Source of the DNA: Minisyncoccia bacterium
GTDB lineage: Bacteria; Patescibacteriota; Minisyncoccia; Phycocordibacterales; GWA1-40-21
Assembly (NCBI GenBank): GCA_044346845.1
Contig: JBIIYK010000003.1
Coordinates: forward strand, 1-38,854
Direction: 5' to 3'
DNA: 38,854 nucleotides
Shown here: in pieces, positions 34,910-38,854 of the stretch
Numbering within the stretch: position 1 is the stretch's first letter
How the letters are laid out: the number at the start of each line of letters is the position of its first letter
Translations under genes and position numbers: made by a program
The notes under the pieces: model-generated
Told to the model about the DNA's origin: nothing
Database searches by the model: none
The model's input: only the letters and a program-made list of their open reading frames with translations

Positions 34910-36127
34910 ATGAAAATAAACACGGATCTTAAAAAAATTGAGGAATTATTGGAGCGTAGTGTGCAAAACATATTACCATCCAAAGACTTATTAAAAAAGG
35001 AATTGTTAAGTGGTAAAAGATTGCGTATCTATGTAGGGGCTGACGCCACTGGTTCTAAACTCCATATCGGCCACTCCACAAACTTTATGATTTTGGAAAA
35101 GTTGAGACAACTTGGCCACGAAGTAATTCTTTTGTTTGGAGATTTTACCGCGATGATTGGAGACCCAACTGGTAAAGGGGTGGCTCGAGTGTCTTTAACT
35201 AATAAGCAGGTAAATGATAACTTAAAAACTTGGAAGGGCCAGGTTTCCAAGATCCTTAAAATTGGTTATTTTGGCAACGGGGCAAGGCTAGTAAGAAATA
35301 GCTCCTGGTTATCCAAGATGAATTTTTCTGATGTGGTAGAACTCGCCTCAAATTTTACCGTTCAACAAATGATTGAAAGAGATATGTTTCAGAAGAGATT
35401 AGAAGAAAAGAAACCAATTTATCTTCATGAGTTTTTTTATCCTTTAATGCAAGGCCATGATTCGGTTGTGCTTGATGTAGATTTAGAAATCGGAGGTAAT
35501 GATCAAACCTTTAATATGATGGCAGGTAGAACATTACAAAAAATAGCCAGAAATAAAGAAAAGTTTGTAATGGCTACTACCTTACTTATTAATCCTAAAA
35601 CTGGAGGAAAACTCATGAATAAGAGCGAGGGCAACGTGATTGGGTTAGATGATGAACCAGATGATATGTTTGGTAAAACCATGTCTTTACCAGATGAGGC
35701 TATTATTCCAATATTTACTGACTGCACCCATGTTCCGTTAGAAGAGATTGAAAAAATAAGACAAAGCATTCAATCTGGAACAAATCCTAGAGATATTAAA
35801 GTAAGACTGGCCAAGGAGATTGTATCTATGTATCACAATAAAGGAGCGGCTGATAAAGCCGAAGAGAATTTTGTTAAGACATTTAAAAGCGGTGGACTAC
35901 CAGAAAAGATAGATGAGGTGACGGCGGTAAATGGTGAACCCTTGGCCGAGCTTTCAGTGAAAGCTGGTCTGGTTAAATCTAAAGGTGAATTTAGGCGGTT
36001 GGTTTTAGAGGGGGCGGTTAATAATCAAGAAACTAGTGATAAGATAACTGATCCAAACCATAAGGTTATTTCTACCAGCATATTTAAAATAGGGAAAAGA
36101 AGATTTCTGAAAGTGATAGTTAAATAA
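34910..36127 (+). CDS. tyrS: Tyrosine--tRNA ligase
   Basis: LHIGH, GDFTAMIGDPTG, YPLMQGHD, GGNDQTFN, KMSKS-equivalent LMNKS, and C-terminal S4 domain (SKGEFRRLV..GAV, IGKRRF). Confidence 0.97.
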   Translation: MKINTDLKKIEELLERSVQNILPSKDLLKKELLSGKRLRIYVGADATGSKLHIGHSTNFMILEKLRQLGHEVILLFGDFTAMIGDPTGKGVARVSLTNKQVNDNLKTWKGQVSKILKIGYFGNGARLVRNSSWLSKMNFSDVVELASNFTVQQMIERDMFQKRLEEKKPIYLHEFFYPLMQGHDSVVLDVDLEIGGNDQTFNMMAGRTLQKIARNKEKFVMATTLLINPKTGGKLMNKSEGNVIGLDDEPDDMFGKTMSLPDEAIIPIFTDCTHVPLEEIEKIRQSIQSGTNPRDIKVRLAKEIVSMYHNKGAADKAEENFVKTFKSGGLPEKIDEVTAVNGEPLAELSVKAGLVKSKGEFRRLVLEGAVNNQETSDKITDPNHKVISTSIFKIGKRRFLKVIVK

Positions 36128-36134
36128 AATTGAT

Positions 36135-36184
36135 ATTAAAAAAGGAGATAGTTTACTTTTAAAAGTCTAATCTCCTTTTTTAAT
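36135..36184. terminator. Bidirectional terminator between tyrS and the acidic sORF
   Basis: 15-bp perfect inverted repeat ATTAAAAAAGGAGAT / ATCTCCTTTTTTAAT. Confidence 0.75.
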
Positions 36185-36354
36185 TAGAAATTATCTACAT
36201 CATTGTATTCACTGAAATCATCAGTGAACCCATCCTCAATAATAGAAGGGTCTATAACCCCACCATCTTCACTGGGGGAATCTTCATCAGAGTCCTTACC
36301 CACTTTTTTCTTTTCTATAATTTCTTCACTTTCGCTGTTTTTTTTCTTGGCCAT
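36184..36354 (-). CDS. Small acidic protein, 56 aa (absent from ORF track)
   Basis: Manual translation MAKKKNSESEEIIEKKKVGKDSDEDSPSEDGGVIDPSIIEDGFTDDFSEYNDVDNF. ATG start, and the stop coincides with the terminator. Confidence 0.7.
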   Translation of the reverse strand: MAKKKNSESEEIIEKKKVGKDSDEDSPSEDGGVIDPSIIEDGFTDDFSEYNDVDNF

Positions 36355-36476
36355 ATGCTTATTTTTTTCTTATAAATTTTCCGTTCGTCACGGAGCTTTT
36401 TATGATTTTTATATTAATAGCAGGGTTTAAAAATGTTTGCAAGGGGTTAAAAACTATTGGCTGTGGAAAACTCTTC

Positions 36477-36607
36477 GCCAAAGCTAGGTAATGCTTTTTC
36501 TTTGCACGATAATAATTTTGTCGTCACAAAATTATTTCTCTACTCCCTCAGTTTTTTGCTAAAAACTTCAGTCCGTAAGGCACGAAAAAGCATTACCTAG
36601 CTTCGGC
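36477..36607. mobile_element. MITE-like element with 24-bp terminal inverted repeats
   Basis: GCCAAAGCTAGGTAATGCTTTTTC / GAAAAAGCATTACCTAGCTTCGGC (23/24 match), two internal hairpins, no transposase. Confidence 0.6.
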
Positions 36608-37079
36608 TTGCTCTATAACTAGCAAAAAAAGTGAGACCAACAGCAATGGCATCATATTCATCGTCGTATTTTATCGGTCTTTTTATTTCAATTAATCTCT
36701 TCACCATTTCTGTTACTTGATTCTTATCGCTCTTGCCGTAACCAGTCACGGCCACCTTAATCTGAAGAGGGGAGAATTCTACAAGTTTTAGATTATTTTT
36801 GGCGGCTTCATATAACATTACTCCTCTAGCTTCGGACACTTTCATAGCGGTCTTGGCATTAGTTTTAAAAAACAAAGTTTCAATGGTCATGGCATCTGGC
36901 TTATATTTTTTAATCAAAGCGCTAATTCCTTCTCCAATAATTTTCAACCTTTCTTCGTGAGGAATTTTAGGGTCAGTTTTTAGACAGTCTGAAAATAGCA
37001 AAATTTCTTTGCCTGTTGTCTTTTCTACTATAGCAATACCCAGTCTCTCGTAACCAGGATCAATGGCAATAATACGCAT
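36597..37079 (-). CDS. ruvC: Holliday junction resolvase RuvC
   Basis: IAIDPGYERLG, IETLFF, EARGV, IKVAVTGYGKSDKNQV, DDEYDAIAVGL. Confidence 0.97.
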   Translation of the reverse strand: MRIIAIDPGYERLGIAIVEKTTGKEILLFSDCLKTDPKIPHEERLKIIGEGISALIKKYKPDAMTIETLFFKTNAKTAMKVSEARGVMLYEAAKNNLKLVEFSPLQIKVAVTGYGKSDKNQVTEMVKRLIEIKRPIKYDDEYDAIAVGLTFFASYRASRS

Positions 37080-37116
37080 GTATACAGTATACAGTATTGA
37101 GTATGGAGTATGAAGT
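37080..37116. repeat. Heptamer array GTATnnA x5
   Basis: GTATACA GTATACA GTATTGA GTATGGA GTATGAA. Confidence 0.9.
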
Positions 37117-37117
37117 C

Positions 37118-37480
37118 CTAGGGCCGGTCGACGGCAGACTTAATTAAACCAGAAATGAGTCTTGAATTTTTATCAAACATTTGCTTACTAGTATTAAACT
37201 CAACGAGGGTTACATAGTTTAGATCCAAAGCAATTCTTAATTGGCTCTCCGCTTCATATAACGAGCCTTTAGATATGGCATAGAATTGAAGTTTATCTTT
37301 TCTTGAGTTCCTACCAAAACCTTCAGCAATATTTGATGAAATAGAAACAGCGGACCTTTTAATTTGAGATGTTAAACCAAATTTTTCATCGTCCGGGAAG
37401 TTCTTTGTAAGTTTATAAATATATAGTAATAACTTATGACCTTCCTGCCAAGCAATTAAATCTGTAAAACTTTTTATCAA
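37118..37480 (-). CDS. Four-helix-bundle protein (23S rRNA IVS protein / Avd-like family)
   Basis: SFTDLIAWQ, FPDDEKFGLTSQIKRSAVSISSNIAEGFGR, ISKGSLYE. Only a TTG start is available. Confidence 0.92.
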   Translation of the reverse strand: MIKSFTDLIAWQEGHKLLLYIYKLTKNFPDDEKFGLTSQIKRSAVSISSNIAEGFGRNSRKDKLQFYAISKGSLYEAESQLRIALDLNYVTLVEFNTSKQMFDKNSRLISGLIKSAVDRP

Positions 37481-37489
37481 TTTGTATTT

Positions 37490-37524
37490 TTTATACTAAA
37501 TACTCAATACCTATACTGAATACA
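37490..37524. repeat. Heptamer array TnnATAC x5 (reverse complement of the 37080 array)
   Basis: TTTATAC TAAATAC TCAATAC CTATAC TGAATAC. Confidence 0.9.
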
Positions 37525-37528
37525 CTCT

Positions 37529-38056
37529 TTACTCCGCATTTGTATAAACTTCCTGCACCTCATCATTATCTTCTAGTTCTTCAATAATAGCTTCAAGTTT
37601 TGAACCGTCTTCTTCAGAGATGGGGACAGTCATGTTTGGTACCCAGCCCTCTTCCATATTCTTTGTAAAAGCCCAAGAAGCACTACCAGGAGCCGCCAGG
37701 GCAGAACCATTTCCTGATAAAATATGTTTTACTTCACCCGCCGCTTTATTACGATTATCTGTTAAGACGTCAATAATAATTGCTACTCCACCCGGGCCAT
37801 AAGCTTCATAAGTAATAGCTTCCATCTCTGTTGCATTATCATTTTTCTTTAAAGCTCGTTCAATGTTTTCATTTGGCACACTGGCTTCATGAGCTCTTCT
37901 CACCGCTGCCACTACATTGGCCGCGTTTCTATCACCATTAGCTTTTTTTATTTCCATACCAATAAGTTTAGCCATCTTGGTGTAGATTTTACTTTTTTTA
38001 CCATCAGAGAGGGCTTTCTTAACTTTAATTTTTGACCATTTGTTATGTCCAGACAT
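37529..38056 (-). CDS. yebC: YebC/PmpR family protein (shortened)
   Basis: MSGHNKWSKIK, YEAYGPGGVAIII, TDNRNK, LEDNDEVQEVYTN. Confidence 0.95.
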   Translation of the reverse strand: MSGHNKWSKIKVKKALSDGKKSKIYTKMAKLIGMEIKKANGDRNAANVVAAVRRAHEASVPNENIERALKKNDNATEMEAITYEAYGPGGVAIIIDVLTDNRNKAAGEVKHILSGNGSALAAPGSASWAFTKNMEEGWVPNMTVPISEEDGSKLEAIIEELEDNDEVQEVYTNAE

Positions 38057-38069
38057 ATTATTTATATTA

Positions 38070-38854
38070 TTATAATAATTTATTCTTATTTTTTAAATTC
38101 AAATGTTTTTTAGCTCTATCAGTAATTATTCTTCCGCGGGTAGTTCTTTCAATAAAGCCAAGTTGTAAAAGATATGGCTCGTAAACATCCTCAATGGTAG
38201 CCATCTCTTCAGACAGGGCCGCTGCTAGGGTATTGAGACCTACAGGGCCACCGTTAAACTTTTCTTCAATAACTGTCAGTAAGGCTCTATCAGCGGCATT
38301 AAGCCCCTCGTCATCAATACCAAGTAAATTTAAGGCTTCCACAACTATTTCTTTCGATAGCTTACTTTCTCGAACCTGAGCCAAATCACGACTCCTTTTC
38401 AAGAGATAGTTGGCGGTTCTTGGTGTAAAACGGCTCCTCTTAGCGATTTCTTGTTTGGCTTCATCCGCTATTTCTACTTCAAGCAATTTAGCGGAGCGAT
38501 TTATAATTTGTCCTATTTCGTCATTAGTATAAAATTCCAATTTAAAAACTCCTCCTGAAAAACGAGAACGAAGCGGGGCAGAAAGTAAGGCAATACGTGT
38601 GGTAGCGGCAATTAAAGTAAAAGGTGGAAGATCAAGTTGGATTGTCCTAGCCGATGGACCCTTACCGATGATGATATCCAGTGAACCACTTTCCATAGCA
38701 GGGTAGAGGACTTCTTCAATAGTTTTATTTAAGCGGTGGATTTCATCAATAAATAAAATATCACCAGGAGAAAGATTTGTTAAAATAGAAGCCAGATCTC
38801 CAACTTTTTCTATGGCCGGGCCAGAGGTGGCTTTGAGTTGAGATCTTGTTTCTT
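38070..38854 (-). CDS. ruvB: Holliday junction helicase RuvB (5' end beyond window)
   Basis: Frame is open to the window edge: [68 protein letters not shown]. Confidence 0.98.
   Translation of the reverse strand, partial: ETRSQLKATSGPAIEKVGDLASILTNLSPGDILFIDEIHRLNKTIEEVLYPAMESGSLDIIIGKGPSARTIQLDLPPFTLIAATTRIALLSAPLRSRFSGGVFKLEFYTNDEIGQIINRSAKLLEVEIADEAKQEIAKRSRFTPRTANYLLKRSRDLAQVRESKLSKEIVVEALNLLGIDDEGLNAADRALLTVIEEKFNGGPVGLNTLAAALSEEMATIEDVYEPYLLQLGFIERTTRGRIITDRAKKHLNLKNKNKLL

Noticed and set aside
36203-36430. 75-aa plus-strand ORF from the track
   Set aside because: Antisense shadow (Ser/Phe-rich) of the more plausible minus-strand acidic ORF at 36184-36354.
37118-37480. Diversity-generating retroelement (Avd-like gene)
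   Set aside because: No reverse transcriptase and no TR/VR pair with adenine-specific mismatches is seen in the window.
522-38379. Numerous 60-135 aa ORFs antisense or out of frame within long genes (e.g. 522-704, 3759-4043, 10906-11238, 19451-19858, 24369-24725, 29402-29728)
   Set aside because: They overlap confidently identified genes, have no motifs, and show the composition expected of shadow ORFs.

Overview
AT-rich chromosomal window whose gene content and style (few clear Shine-Dalgarno sites, lineage-typical hypothetical proteins, shortened housekeeping genes) point to a Patescibacteria/CPR bacterium, probably Parcubacteria. This taxonomy is an inference. The window spans the replication origin region: jag-yidC-rnpA-rpmH divergent from dnaA-oriC-dnaN-(dciA-like). 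To its left are an ~11 kb VirB4/PrgI/VirB6/pilin type IV secretion-like cluster with no relaxase or integrase in view, a 1171-aa surface protein, rsmA, pcrA, a LysM-M23 peptidase, comM, a DksA/TraR protein, pnp, a DinJ-YafQ toxin-antitoxin pair, a NYN nuclease and rpsO. To its right are a class A PBP, tyrS, an unannotated acidic sORF, ruvC, a four-helix-bundle gene, yebC and ruvB. The most striking non-coding signals are: (1) inverted heptamer arrays exactly bracketing the four-helix-bundle gene between yebC and ruvC; (2) a MITE-like inverted-repeat element that supplies the ruvC stop codon; (3) a palindromic in-frame insert inside comM; (4) a switch-like leader upstream of the LysM-M23 gene; (5) many apparently leaderless promoters. 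All calls come from motif recognition by eye; no database searches were run.
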